Positions 23,038 through 34,799 of a stretch of DNA of 41,524 nucleotides are shown here, one piece after another. The translations under genes and the position numbers were made by a program. The notes under the pieces are model-generated. The model ran no database searches. It saw only the letters and a program-made list of their open reading frames with translations, and was not told the DNA's origin. Within the stretch, counting starts at the first letter, position 1, and each line of letters opens with the position of its first letter. Origin of the DNA: Nemertoderma westbladi (taxonomy: Eukaryota; Animalia; Xenacoelomorpha); the NCBI GenBank assembly GCA_032718475.1, contig JAUCBJ010005836.1:1-41524 (forward strand), read 5' to 3'.

Positions 23038-25020
23038 AACGCAGTACTAAATGCAGTCGATGCAGTAATGATATTCAAATAATTAATTTAATACCAGTAC
23101 CCTCTGTTAATGCCTCAGTGTAAAAACTTAGACAATTCAACTACAAAGAAATCCCGTTCAAAAAATAATAAGCCTAATATTTATGAGGAAAAAACAAGTA
23201 TGGATATAAGCCTTCTGCAGTGGTAAAATGTTATTGACTGACATTTATTAAATGAGATCTGTCTAACACGCAATAACACAATAATAATAAACGGTAAGAA
23301 AAGGGGGAAGGATCTAAAAATAGCACCCAATAGGAAGCTTCTTGCATTGCTACGGCTACCGGTAACTTGCTTGGCCTCTAGGCTGGCTCTGGCATAACCC
23401 TTATTTTCGCATGCAAATAAAAAAGCGTTTTTGTGCAGTGATGTTTACGATATTATAATTAAACTAACTGCACTAACTACTGTATCTCACATTTATTTAA
23501 TAATATATGGTAAAAAAAGCAACCAACCTATTAATTACAATATTTACTATAGTTATCGAATGTTATAGGATGTAAATACTTAGCATTATTTTATAGGAAA
23601 CTATTTTCAAAAAACGGTTCTTGTAAAAAAAGGTTTTGGCGAAAACTGTCCCTGATTTCCGTTTTTGCAAATTTCTGGTACGGCTTGATTGCTCCGAGAA
23701 TGTTTGACGTGGAGTCTGAATAAGGTAGACAAAGTAGGGGTGGGTGTGTTTGTTAGGTTCGGGCGGTCGGTGCGGGTAAATAGAGTATGGGAGAGGGAGG
23801 GAGGGTGGGTAGGGGTAATTACGTTTTTCAATAAGGATTTTCTAACAATATCAGTCTTCGTTTCTATTACCTATTCGTCTAATTCATAAGCCATACAGTT
23901 CCCTACAAGCACCAGTATAAATTTACTGCTTCTGTGAAAAATTTCTGACACCGAGAAGTTTTTCCTCTGTGGTGGTTTGGTTACGAAAAAATTACTATGT
24001 TCCCCCTACGTATAGCACAAGATTTTTATAAAATAACCATCTAACTATACACGCTGACATAATGAGACCAGCGTGAAATTCAAAGTTACAGTAGTTTAAG
24101 CTGGTGTCAGCTGTCAGCATCTTCCAATAGGCGGATTATAGAAGCTTGAATACATTACTTCAGTACCGGTATTTGCATCGGTGTAGCTTGCTGGTAGCTC
24201 AAACTTTACTGTTTGTTATTTATTATCTTACACATTAAATAATTAAATAAATTCCTGAATACCTACTGTAGATGGGATCGGGGATGTCATGGATACTGAG
24301 GGAGGGTGTCTGATGTTTCCATGGCAACGGAAGCATGTCGCGATCCCCCTTATACGGGGGGATCTTTGTATAATAATTTGAATAATACGTTCAAATATTT
24401 TAGAGAAAAAAGGGAGGATGGAAATGGGCCGATAATTTTTGGGGAGTGTTGGATCATTGGCTTTGAATACAGGTACCACCCTAGCAATCTTTAGATCATC
24501 TGGGGTTAATATTGACGGCATTGTTAAGAGAGCCATTATGGAAGTAATACTGTACCATCATGTATTTAGTGTATCACATACTTTCAAAATTGTATCAGGT
24601 GTGATGGCTTCAAATGTTAGTAATTGTTGACGTCCACTTGGCGATTTTAGGTACGGTAGTCAATGGGAGACCCGGGATATCTGAAGGTATTGCAGAGTCC
24701 AATTGATGACCCACATTAGTATAAAAATCATCAACAGAATCGGCAATAACAATAGGATCAGTGGATGTCCGCGAATTGTGAGATTATTTTTGGTGTTGAA
24801 CCTTTAGACACCTTTTTATTCACCAGCAAGTTAATTAATTTCCATAGCTGCCGTAGATTGCATTTTTGAGAGTCTAATTTATTTTGAAAATACTCAATTT
24901 TCGCATTACGGATAATTTTCCGTAATGCATTTCGGTAATTTTTAAACTTTTGAGTATGATGCGGGGATCTAAATTTCATGGAGTCATCGTATAGCCGATC
25001 TTTTTTCCTTAAACATTTAA

Positions 25021-26645
25021 CCCTTTGCTTCCTACGACGTACCTGGTACGTCACCCAATAGGGTGCTGTGACGTACCTGGTACGTCATGATTTTAACAGT
25101 GATATATCTGATCGAATAGGTTGTAGCACACATCTAGGCTTGTTTGTATGCATTTCAGCACACATAATGGATGTAAGCAATATAATTTAGGCGGGAATTT
25201 CAAAATACTTATGGCCTATAATAAGCCTAGCGAAGGATATCATAAAGGTTCACAATACATATATCTGTATAATTATTACCGGTACTACTGTAATAAAGGA
25301 ACGTACTTATCCAAAACGAGACCAAAGGCAACTAAAGCGATTCGGGTTTGACAAAGATAGCGATGATGAAGAAGAAGGCTCAGATGACAGTGATTCCGTG
25401 GTTGAGTCTATAGATGAGTCCCTTTATGGTATTGCCAGTGACGACGGTTCAGATTCAGACATTCCGGATCCGGAGACTGCCACTGCAAGTTGGGCTGAAG
25501 TCGATGAAGTCAACGATAGTGTAAACCTTACGAGGCCGTTTGGTACTTTTGGTTGGCAAGGAATAACAACTACTAACTTCTGTTTCATGACTATGTTGAT
25601 CTGTACCTTCCGGATAGTTTACTGAACCTTCTTTGCGATTGCACGAATAAGAGGATTGCTATGGAACGTTATCGTATTAGCAATTTACCAGTGGAAATGG
25701 AGCTAAACGTAGGCCTAGGCTAATATACCATATAATAGCTGATTGTTTGAAGTACTTACCATGGAATTATATTATTATATATTATTTATACATTTAGATA
25801 CTCTTGACTTGATTGTTAGGGACATGACAAATTAACCATAAATAAATTGAAAAAAATGACTGCATTTGATTCAACGATTACTACTTAATGCATATATTAT
25901 GTACAAAACAGAACAACAACTAACTCGTCTACGGTTCCCGGAATTCTTATTAGATGCTGTAGAGCATCTCACAAAAGTAAAATCAACTTCCACCCCATCG
26001 GCTAAGAAAAAAAAGGTGGCAGCACGACAAACACCAACAGTTGCATCACCGACTGTCCAGGAAAAACCCCATAACCAATATTTTAGCCAGATGACATTAT
26101 TTCTTTTATTTTGACAGACAGACTGACAAACAGACAGACAACAGACATACAGTCATACTAGATTAAGCCAAATATTAAATCTGACATCAGAAATGAAATC
26201 ACAGACCTGGAATACCCCCATAACAACTATTTTAGCTAGTTGGCATTATTTCTTTCATTTTGACGGACAGACTGACAAACAAACAGACAACAGACTGACA
26301 TTCATACTAGATTAAGCCAAATATTAAATCTGACATCAGAAATGAAATCACAGACCTGGAAAACCCCCATAACAACTATTTTAGCTAGTTGGCATTATTT
26401 CTTTTATTTTGACGGACAGACTGACAAACAGACAGACAACAGACATACAGTCATACTAGATTGAGCAAAATATTAAATCTGACATCGGAAATGAAATCAC
26501 AGACGTGGAAAACCCCCATAACAAATATTTTAGCTAGGTGGCATTATTTCTTACATTTTCACAGACAGACATAATGTCTGTCTTTCTTTTCATATTTGTC
26601 AGCTCCTGGGCATGCCAAATATATATCAGTTCAGGAAGCAAGGGG
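25021..26645 (+). mobile_element. Internally deleted piggyBac transposon
   Basis: TTAA TSDs (25017-25020, 26646-26649) and a 13-bp TIR CCC(T/C)TTGCTTCCT. Transposase remnants include an acidic N-terminus, LYLPDSLLNLLCDCTNKR and HLIQRLLLNAYIMYK..FPEFLLDAVEHL. Confidence 0.93.
26060..26570. repeat. 149-bp tandem repeat, ~3.4 copies, inside piggyBac
   Basis: CCCCATAAC anchor recurs with its ATAAC at 26071, 26220, 26369 and 26518. Confidence 0.95.
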
Positions 26646-28135
26646 TTAAATAAGCTCTCAGTGATCCAGGGAGTCGAGGGGGTCTATCAGTTTAACCCGG
26701 GTTAAGGGGTAACATTCATTGTATAGTGAGTTGTATGTCGAACTGAAATTGGCGTACATTAAATTTGGATCATTAGAGTAAAGTAAGCTCTCCCAGTTTG
26801 TGTTGGTCAATTTAGTATTAATTAAAAGTAATAATTTGTTGTTGGGTACTAGTATATCGCCTCTGGAAAATATATTTATTTTTGTTATTTATTCGTGGCG
26901 TTGTAGGACTAGTGCTGATCATATATTGGCAGGTTGTCGGATATAGGAATAATTAATATACCAGATTCTATAGAGGATGAAGTTTGATTTAGGAAAATAT
27001 TATCTATGAGAGTTGCAGAGTTTTCAGTGATACGGGTTGGTTTGGAGATTGTAGGGTGATAATTATGGGTTGTTAATAGGTTAAAAAAGTCAGCAGTTTG
27101 AGAATGGTTATTAAATTTAAGTAGGTCAACATTAAAGTCCCCCATGATGTAGCAAACCTTCCCTTCGTCTGGTATTTTTTGTAGTATGTTACTTAGAGCA
27201 ATAATATTTTCTTGGATGCATTGGTTTGGTGGCCTATATATTACACCAACAATTATATTTTTGTTTTCGCGAGGAAGTTCAACAAAAAGTGTTTCAACTT
27301 GGTTATTACTATTTTTCAGTGATATATAATCTCTGGGTTTAACAGCCACAGAGTAATGTAGGCCTATATATAGCCCGACGCCACCCCCTTCCTTAGTTTT
27401 ACGACAATTTGATAATAGTTTGAAAGAACCGAAATGGAATGTTTCAACAACATATTTTTCATAGTAAAGCCATGTTTCAGAAATACCTATAATATAAAAT
27501 GGTATTGCCATTTGGTTAATTGGGCCTACATTGGGAAATAGAATCATAATTAGCAGGAAGGCTGCGGGCGTTGAAATGGATAAGTGATAAATCTACATTA
27601 TTAGTTTTCAAATTTACGGTTAAAATCTGATTGGAAATTATAGGTACATTTGTTGCGCATGTCCGTATAATCAGCAAGGAGGTGGGCATCGGCGTTAATA
27701 TTATAATTAAATTCGTGGTCGTCGCATTTACTGATATTATAAGGCTGAAATAAAACACTATCTAGAGCTGATATATCAATAGAATCAGGAATTCGGTAGT
27801 CTAATTACATTTAAATTCGTCATTGTCTAGAATATTTATAAACGGTAACTCCAAACCAATACAATCAGCGCAAAACCATGGTAGAGTTCAATTTTGAGAA
27901 AGTGTCTGTAATCAGAAAGGGAGAGGTTTACAGCAATACATTTAAAGGGTATCCATTTATTGCATAAATCACAACACAGTGCTTTATGATTGGTTTTAAC
28001 TTCAGTGCGGCAGGTTTTGCACGGGAATTTAATTACTGCCATATAAAATTTCCTCTGTTTCTTCTTGTTTTGATTTGATCACTATCCCGCGGAGCGAGGA
28101 CCACTGTTTCATAATATAGTATTCCCTTCTCGAAG

Positions 28136-28675
28136 GAGTTCTGCACCGCAACAGTTCTGCAATGTCCCTCCTGCTATTTGTAAGGGTGCCCCCTCAGTCT
28201 TATTGAAGATGCACTTACATTTACAAATAAATTATTTGATTCTAGTGAAATAACACCATTGAGTATTTTAAAAACATTAATTAGGTCAATATGCACTCGT
28301 CTAAGTTCTAGTGATTGTAATTTCAAAATTTTTAGCCTACTTAGGTAACAAGCATCAGTATCTAAATAGCACCGGTGGAATAACCTACGGGTAAAATATC
28401 TTTGGACCGATTCAAGCTTGTCTGTTAGGCCAAAAAAGGTTTTGAATTACAAAAAGTTACAAAAATTACATTAAAAAAAATTACACTACCATATTCTAAA
28501 ATTGGCCTTGCGTATACTTTATAGGCAAATAAAAGTAGAAAAACACCTAAATAAACATTTAATTACTTTATAGCACTTTTAGTTATTAAATCAATGTGAT
28601 TTGCAAATTATAACTTACAGTACTATCAACTTCTACTCCTAAATCACAGAAAGATGACACATTTTCAAGTGCATA
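28136..28675 (-). mobile_element. CR1-type LINE 3' ORF2 fragment
   Basis: Minus-strand peptides LENVSSFCDLGVEVDS, AYKVYARPILEYGSV, KLESVQRYFTRR and YLSRLKILKLQSLELRRVHIDLINVFKILNG. Confidence 0.88.
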
Positions 28676-29160
28676 ATTATGCGGTGTACACGTTTATGGA
28701 CGCGAGCGTAAACGTTCTGGACAATTTACGCGAGAATATTCGCATTAACTGCCTCAACTCGAAGTCTTCCCAATGCAAACAGAATCATCAGCTTCAAAAT
28801 GATTACATTAGAGTGCAGCCCCTTGATTGGAGTTTGTCTAATTGCGATCAAGCGGTTGACAGAGATGTATACGATATTGTCGCCGCTTATGTGACCTTTG
28901 ACCCCGAGAGTCTACCAGGTCTAGTTAACCTACTCCATTATCTTTTATCAACCAGCAACTGAGCCAATCCATCTCGCTGCGCTAATATTTCTTGCACTAT
29001 TAGAAAACCAACTACACATGCATTGTTTACTCAGTTGCTGGACAACGCTGGTCTTATTACTGCTTACGAGAACATTGACAGACCCGAGTTGTTCTATTAC
29101 AACAGGAATCAACAATAATTTTCTGTCCTTAAAATAAAAATTAGCTCCCCTTTCAAATAA
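28676..29160 (+). pseudogene. EEF2KMT: EEF2KMT/FAM86-like (METTL21/Methyltransf_16 family) lysine methyltransferase, C-terminal half, disabled
   Basis: One frame reads YTFMDASVNVLDNLRENIRIN...VQPLDWS...DIVAAYVTFDPESLPGLVNLLHYLL..*..ISCTIRKPTTHALFTQLLDNAGL..PELFYY, collinear with the EEF2KMT C-terminal half as I recall it. In-frame stops at 28960-28962 and 29116-29118; the AADV motif is altered to AAYV. Confidence 0.75.
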
Positions 29161-29199
29161 TTATTTAATGCAACTTTTGTTATTCTGTATATATACAAT

Positions 29200-29343
29200 G
29201 TTAAATGTGCCAGCCGGAAATACTGTGACGTCACACACATTAAACAGCCAACACATTAAACAGACAACTGAGTACCTTGTATTTTATTTCAAAATGCTCA
29301 AATCTTTCAACATTCGACTAATAAATAGGCGGTTCCGCTTTAA
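29200..29343. mobile_element. Kolobok-like terminal fragment
   Basis: Ends CGGTTCCGCT|TTAA and contains GTGACGTCAC. Repeated at ~38400-38518. No partner end seen. Confidence 0.4.
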
Positions 29344-30654
29344 ATTACATTGTTTCTTGTATTAATTCATTTCGATTGAATATTCTTTTTAAAAACAGTA
29401 CCGGTTTTTTAGAATTAAAAAAAAGCACTTTATTCACTATAAAATATTACTATTATTTTGCTTGAGTATAATTTTTTGAGAACTTGGACATGAAATAATT
29501 TGAGAACTATTATTAGCAAAATATCCATAAAATTAGTAGGCTTACTACCCAGTCACACGTGTACTACCCATGTATGTAGTATGGGCCTATATGGCAGTGC
29601 AGGTTAATGGAAAATACTGTACTACTGTAAGATAAAATCATTTAACTCACAAGTTGACAAACTGAGGGCAGTATATGTATAATGTATTGGGATTAGCAGT
29701 TTACAGTTTAGCAGTTGGGTTTATTGTTGTCCACTTGGTTATTACAATAGAAAGTATTTCGGTCCAACGTAATTTATGTCTCTTTGATTCACCTAACTAT
29801 TCTGACGTCACACGTATGTTTTATTCTTCCCCAACTGGTACCATTCCACAGTGAGGCATCCCTAACATGTGTGGGGTCTGACTTACACCTCGCCTCGGTG
29901 GAAAGAAATTAAATATCGTTGTAATTTTTTCTTACAACTCATGTAAAAGCTGTAATCCTTTCTTTCTTGTCGATTAATGGTATCTTGGTTAGGGAAAGAT
30001 GCCGCATAAACTATTACTTCGGCTCTACTGCTGTCCCCATTAATATATTTTATATTGACTATAACTAAGAATCCACAAAGCGCCAGGGTATATAAGTATA
30101 CAATATACAAACTCAGTGGAACCAAAAACAAACTTTTTAAGTGAAGTAAAGTCAAGTTTTATTCGGTTGTAAGGACATGGATTACGCATTAACCTCTAGA
30201 ACTAAAGTGATATTTGTAAGAGGAGGTTAGGTTAAATAAAATATCGGCGCCGTTTTTAGCTAAAAAGACCGGACGGCAAAGAGGTTATCCCGATAAAGGA
30301 AATAAATATATACAGTACAAATACTGTATACATAAAACCCCGCCGAGCTGTAAAGTGCTACCAATTCCCTGAATTGTTAAAGTGATCGTTTATTGTTTTG
30401 GTAAAAAAAAGAATAACTGCAGGAATAAGTGCATTGGAATAAGTGGGAATCAGTTGAAGGGGGTGATGAGGAGGTATCTGACTCGACAATCCGATTAATT
30501 TATAAGTTTCACTTCGGTTCATTGATTGATTTCGTTTATGTTGCATTAAAATCAGATTCACTGAAAACATTAATAACCTGAAAATCAATGTATTTGATCA
30601 GTTACAAATATATATAATTCACTACAAAATACAACAATTTTGTTACCGGTAACT

Positions 30655-32445
30655 TTAAGTTTTATGAACAGAATTGATATGGGTGTTTAGGTAGCTTTGT
30701 CGACTGAATACTTTATTACAATAACCGCACTTATGTTTGATATTTTTATGCATAGAGTCGACATGTTGTTTTAGTTTGTCTTTTTTAGCGAATAATTTTC
30801 CACAATCGGAGCAGCTATACTTGATGATACCTTTGTGGGCAAAGTTAACGTGGGTGTTTAGAATACTTTGCCGGCTGAATTCTTTATTACAATAACCGCA
30901 CTTATGTTTTATATCTTTGTGAATGTATTCGATATGTTTTTTTAGTTCGACTTTTCTAGCAAATGATTTTCCACAATGAAAACAGTTGTACTTGATATCT
31001 TTATGGTAGTAGTTGATATGGATGTTTAGATTCGATAGCTGACTGAATTCTTTATTACAATAACCGCACTTATGTTTGATATCTTTATGTATAGAGTCGA
31101 CATGTTGTTTTAGGGCGCCTTTGCAACGGAATTCTTTATTACAATAACCGCACTTATGTTTGATATCATTATGTATTGAGTCGACATGTTGTTTTAGTAC
31201 GTCTTTTCTAGCAAATGATTTTCCACAATCGGAGCAGCTATACTTGATGATACCTTTGTGGGCAAAGTTAATGTGGGTGTTTAGATCCCCTTTCTGACTG
31301 AATCCTTTATTACAATAACCGCACTTATGTTTGATATCTTTATGTATAGAGTCGACATGTTGTTTTAGTACGTGTTTGTAACTGAATTCTTTATTACAAT
31401 AAACGCACTTATATTTAATTTCTTTATGTACAGAGTCGACATGTTGTTTTAGGTCGTGTTTGTAACGGAATTCTTTATTACAATAACCGCACTTATATTT
31501 GATATCTTTATGTATAGAGTCGACATGTCGGTTTAGTTCGGCCTTTGTAGCAAATGATTTTCCACAATCGGAGCAGCTATACTTGATGATACCTTTGTGG
31601 GCAAAGATAATGTGGGTGTTTAGATTCCTTTGCCGGCTGAATTCTTTATTACAATAAACGCACTTATATTTGATATCTTTATGTATAGAGTCGACATGTT
31701 GTTTTAGTACGTGTTTGTAACTGAATTCTTTATTACAATAACCGCACTTATATTTGATATCTTTATGTATAGAGTCGACATGTTGTTTTAGGTCGTGTTT
31801 GTAACTGAATTCTTTATTACAATAACCGCACTTATGTTTGATATCTTTATGGGTAGCGTCAACATGCTTCTTTACATAAGTTTTTATTTTAAACAGTTTC
31901 TCACAATAATCGCATTTATACTTATTCTTGACGTCTTTATGAACGGATTCTATATGTCTATCTAAAATTCCTTTGTTATTAAATAATTCATTGCAATGCA
32001 AACAGGATGTGGTTTCTGAAGAAGATACCAACTCCCCAACAGTTTCATTAGAACTACCGGACTCTGTTGTTGCACAACTAATTGTTGGTTCTGTACGTTC
32101 GGTTCCAATAGGCCTACCATAAGAACAGTCTGGGCTGTCGTTTTCCCGTTTTTCAACAATAAAAGAATCTCCAGATGGTTCATAGGAAATATCTTCGTCA
32201 TCTAGTACAGGGACAACATCTACTGCACCGAACAAATTGTTGTGATATTCGATGGGAGATGATCCGTAAACGCAGTTATTTTGTTTAACATCAATATAAT
32301 AGGGAGTGGAGTCTGTTGGTTCTCTCTTTATAATTATACAATCTGTTGGTTCTCTCTTTATAATTATACAGTCTGTTTGTTCTCTCTTTATAACTATTCC
32401 GGCACCAGGTGATTTCTCTTTCAATAAATTTATATGTTGATCCAT
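30655..32445 (-). CDS. Tandem C2H2 zinc-finger protein, paralog 2 (16 fingers, intact)
   Basis: Uninterrupted ORF with first ATG at 32445. N-terminus is highly similar to paralog 1; 16 C-x2-C-x12-H-x4-H fingers; ends NSVHKT*. Confidence 0.93.
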   Translation of the reverse strand: MDQHINLLKEKSPGAGIVIKREQTDCIIIKREPTDCIIIKREPTDSTPYYIDVKQNNCVYGSSPIEYHNNLFGAVDVVPVLDDEDISYEPSGDSFIVEKRENDSPDCSYGRPIGTERTEPTISCATTESGSSNETVGELVSSSETTSCLHCNELFNNKGILDRHIESVHKDVKNKYKCDYCEKLFKIKTYVKKHVDATHKDIKHKCGYCNKEFSYKHDLKQHVDSIHKDIKYKCGYCNKEFSYKHVLKQHVDSIHKDIKYKCVYCNKEFSRQRNLNTHIIFAHKGIIKYSCSDCGKSFATKAELNRHVDSIHKDIKYKCGYCNKEFRYKHDLKQHVDSVHKEIKYKCVYCNKEFSYKHVLKQHVDSIHKDIKHKCGYCNKGFSQKGDLNTHINFAHKGIIKYSCSDCGKSFARKDVLKQHVDSIHNDIKHKCGYCNKEFRCKGALKQHVDSIHKDIKHKCGYCNKEFSQLSNLNIHINYYHKDIKYNCFHCGKSFARKVELKKHIEYIHKDIKHKCGYCNKEFSRQSILNTHVNFAHKGIIKYSCSDCGKLFAKKDKLKQHVDSMHKNIKHKCGYCNKVFSRQSYLNTHINSVHKT

Positions 32446-33030
32446 TATCAAATCTTCAATAAATATTATTCAATAAATTAAATACAGGTGGCAGTAGTTT
32501 TAGGTATGTCAAGCTCTTCACTAATATAAATTTCATGCGATGTAAATATAATAAATAGATTATTTAATGGCGTTCAAAAGTTGCATGTCGCTGTACGGAA
32601 TGGAGCAGGTTATAGTGACAGTGACAAGCAAATGGAACCAAAAGAAAACTATCACTACTACAGTACCAGCAGTACCTACAGTACCAGTACGATTCGAGAG
32701 TAAAGGTTTAGGTGATTTATTAAATATGTTATTGGCGCTTCAATTAAAGACACAGAGTGTGCTACGTACGGTCGCGGTTGTATGAAACTACGAAAGTTCC
32801 TATGCAACAAACTTCGCCCGCGTTGTTCGGTCACCTATCATTACCGGTACCTAATACTTAAACAAAATCTCAAGTTCGCGTAGCCTGTAAAGCACGTCGC
32901 TACAGACCTTGTCAATACTGCTAACTTTGAAGGTCGTTTTCACTTGGTTGCTATGTTATTTTCAAAAAAACTAAATATGCCATTAATTTCATCATATCAA
33001 AAATAGTAATCTTCCATAAATTTTAACTTA

Positions 33031-34341
33031 GATCGTGGCTTTTCCAGTTAACATTATTCCATTTTGTATAAAACAAGTGATGTGGTTGGAGAAAGCTGCT
33101 AGGGGCTGCTACTAAGCAGCTACCAATCACGTTAATCCTGTTTAACACAGAGTCAATGAGAATGGAATATTGCTAACATGAAAAAGTTCAGGTTAACATT
33201 ATTCCATATCTCAGTATTTGTATTCACTATTCTATTAGGCCCTACCCCTACCCTTGAGACTGGCCTTTTCTGTTTCATTATACAAGTTATACCGAAAGCA
33301 GTCAGGCGTCAGGCAGAACAGTAGGTACATCTAAGCAAATTATTAAGATATATCATTGTAGTTACAGTACATGGGAGCAGTAATGAGACGATTAAAAAAG
33401 TAGTGGAATGTAATTTATCTGTTTATGCGATAAGAAGTACACAACAACCTCTGCGTTATCGAGACACAAAGAAAAAATTGATAAAAGGAGAACCGACAGC
33501 GAAACTAAACCATTTCCACGTTGTCCAGCCTGCCAGCACGTTGGCTACTCGCATGTTGGGAATGCTACAGACAGACCTTGGACCAATTGAATGGATATGA
33601 TGTAGCGTTTGCAGGGGTGTAAACACTACGCCGACAACCGTCAACCACCAGACAACTGCCCAACAACAGCAATATGAAAATATAACCTGAGTTCGTAACT
33701 ATCGTTTGTTTTGGTTAGACTAACCTTCCTGCACTGTAACCTGTTCCTTTCCCTCAATTAATAACATTTAATTTATTGGCTTTAATAATGGTTGTCGGTG
33801 TTGGCTGTCAGTTGTCTGGTTGTCGGCGTTTCATTTACTTACACCCCGTTTGGACGAAGTGGTTGGTATCATAAAAGTTGTGTGAATAAAACGCAACACG
33901 ATATGTGAGACCTGTCTGCCTGTCTGAATGTATTTTGCCCACATTGAATATACTACGTGGCAAGTACTTCAATAAGATATTGTATAAGTACAGTATGTTT
34001 ATTACTAGGCCTAAACCTAGACTTAACTAGGCCTATATATAATAAATATTGTATTTACAGTTTACATCATTGTAATCCTATCTGCATATTGTACCATATA
34101 ATATTCTATGGCTTACTCGAATACTAACACTAGCAGCTTAATTACTGTAATATCTGATTACTTTGGAATAATGGTAACCTGAACTTTTTGAAGTTAGCAA
34201 TATTCCATTCTCATTGACTCTGTGTTAAACAGGATTAACATGATTGGTTGCTGCTTAGTAGCAGTCCCTAGCAGGTTTCTCCAACCACATCACTTGTTTT
34301 ATACAAAATGGAATAATATGTTAACTGGAAAAGCCACGATC
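33031..34341. mobile_element. Non-autonomous element with long (~175-bp) TIRs
   Basis: 33031-33206 is a close reverse complement of 34164-34341 (GATCGTGGCTTTTCCAGTTAACAT...). Flanked by TA on both sides. Confidence 0.85.
33612..33848. mobile_element. MITE nested in the long-TIR element
   Basis: GGGGTGTAA..ACGCCGACAACC / GGTTGTCGGCGT..TTACACCCC inverted ends; TSD unclear. Confidence 0.6.
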
Positions 34342-34368
34342 TAAGCACCCGTTCTACAGATATCTTAA

Positions 34369-34438
34369 GACTATAAGAGCTGTTGCTATGGCAGTTTCCT
34401 CCATACTATAAGAGCTGTTGCTATGGCAGTTTCCTCCG
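34369..34438. repeat. ~36-bp tandem duplication
   Basis: ACTATAAGAGCTGTTGCTATGGCAGTTTCCTCC occurs twice. Confidence 0.9.
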
Positions 34439-34799
34439 TTGCTATGTTTAAGACCCTCTAAAAAACCAGCTCAACCGTTTGGTGAAGTCTACCCAATTTG
34501 TTGATAATGTCCGATATCAGTACTAAACATCTATATGGTGTAGCTCAGTCGTATAAAAAACACTTACAAGGTCACAGGCTGGAACCTGTATTACATATAG
34601 AAACACCTAGATTTATAAACATTGAGGCAGAAAACAATAGTTCGACATATTTTTTCCGACGAAAATACGAAATTAAACATCATGATTATTGAAATATTTC
34701 CGTTGCTATGTTAACCCGAGCGTGATTTTTAAATTGCAGAATAGATAACAATTCAACCAGTGTGTAGGAGTGTGGAACAATTCAACCATAGTGTGGATA

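Larger units (their letters stand above)
24380..28135 (-). mobile_element. CR1/L2-group LINE, 5' portion (PHD finger, APE endonuclease, start of RT); 3'-truncated and split by piggyBac
   Basis: PHD-like CKTC..CCDLCNKW..KC; endonuclease motifs HFNARSL, GISETWL, GGGVGLYI, GVIYRPPN, MGDFNVD, PTRIT..ATLIDNIF and SDNLPI; RT start KIARVVPVFK..NYRPISILPFFSKIFERII. Confidence 0.92.

Noticed and set aside
24315-24328. RFX X-box GTTTCCATGGCAAC (half-sites also near 34382 and 34418)
   Set aside because: Lies in repeat-derived sequence with no linked gene start; such motifs are common inside TEs.
26060-26570. Regular repeats as a CRISPR array (also 3781-3962, 37078-37264 and 39060-39370)
   Set aside because: Units are tandem with no unique spacers, lie inside DNA transposons, and there are no cas genes; the context is eukaryotic.
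28960-28962. In-frame TGA as selenocysteine or programmed readthrough
   Set aside because: It falls in a variable loop, there is a second stop and a damaged AADV motif, the N-terminal half is missing, and no SECIS is evident.
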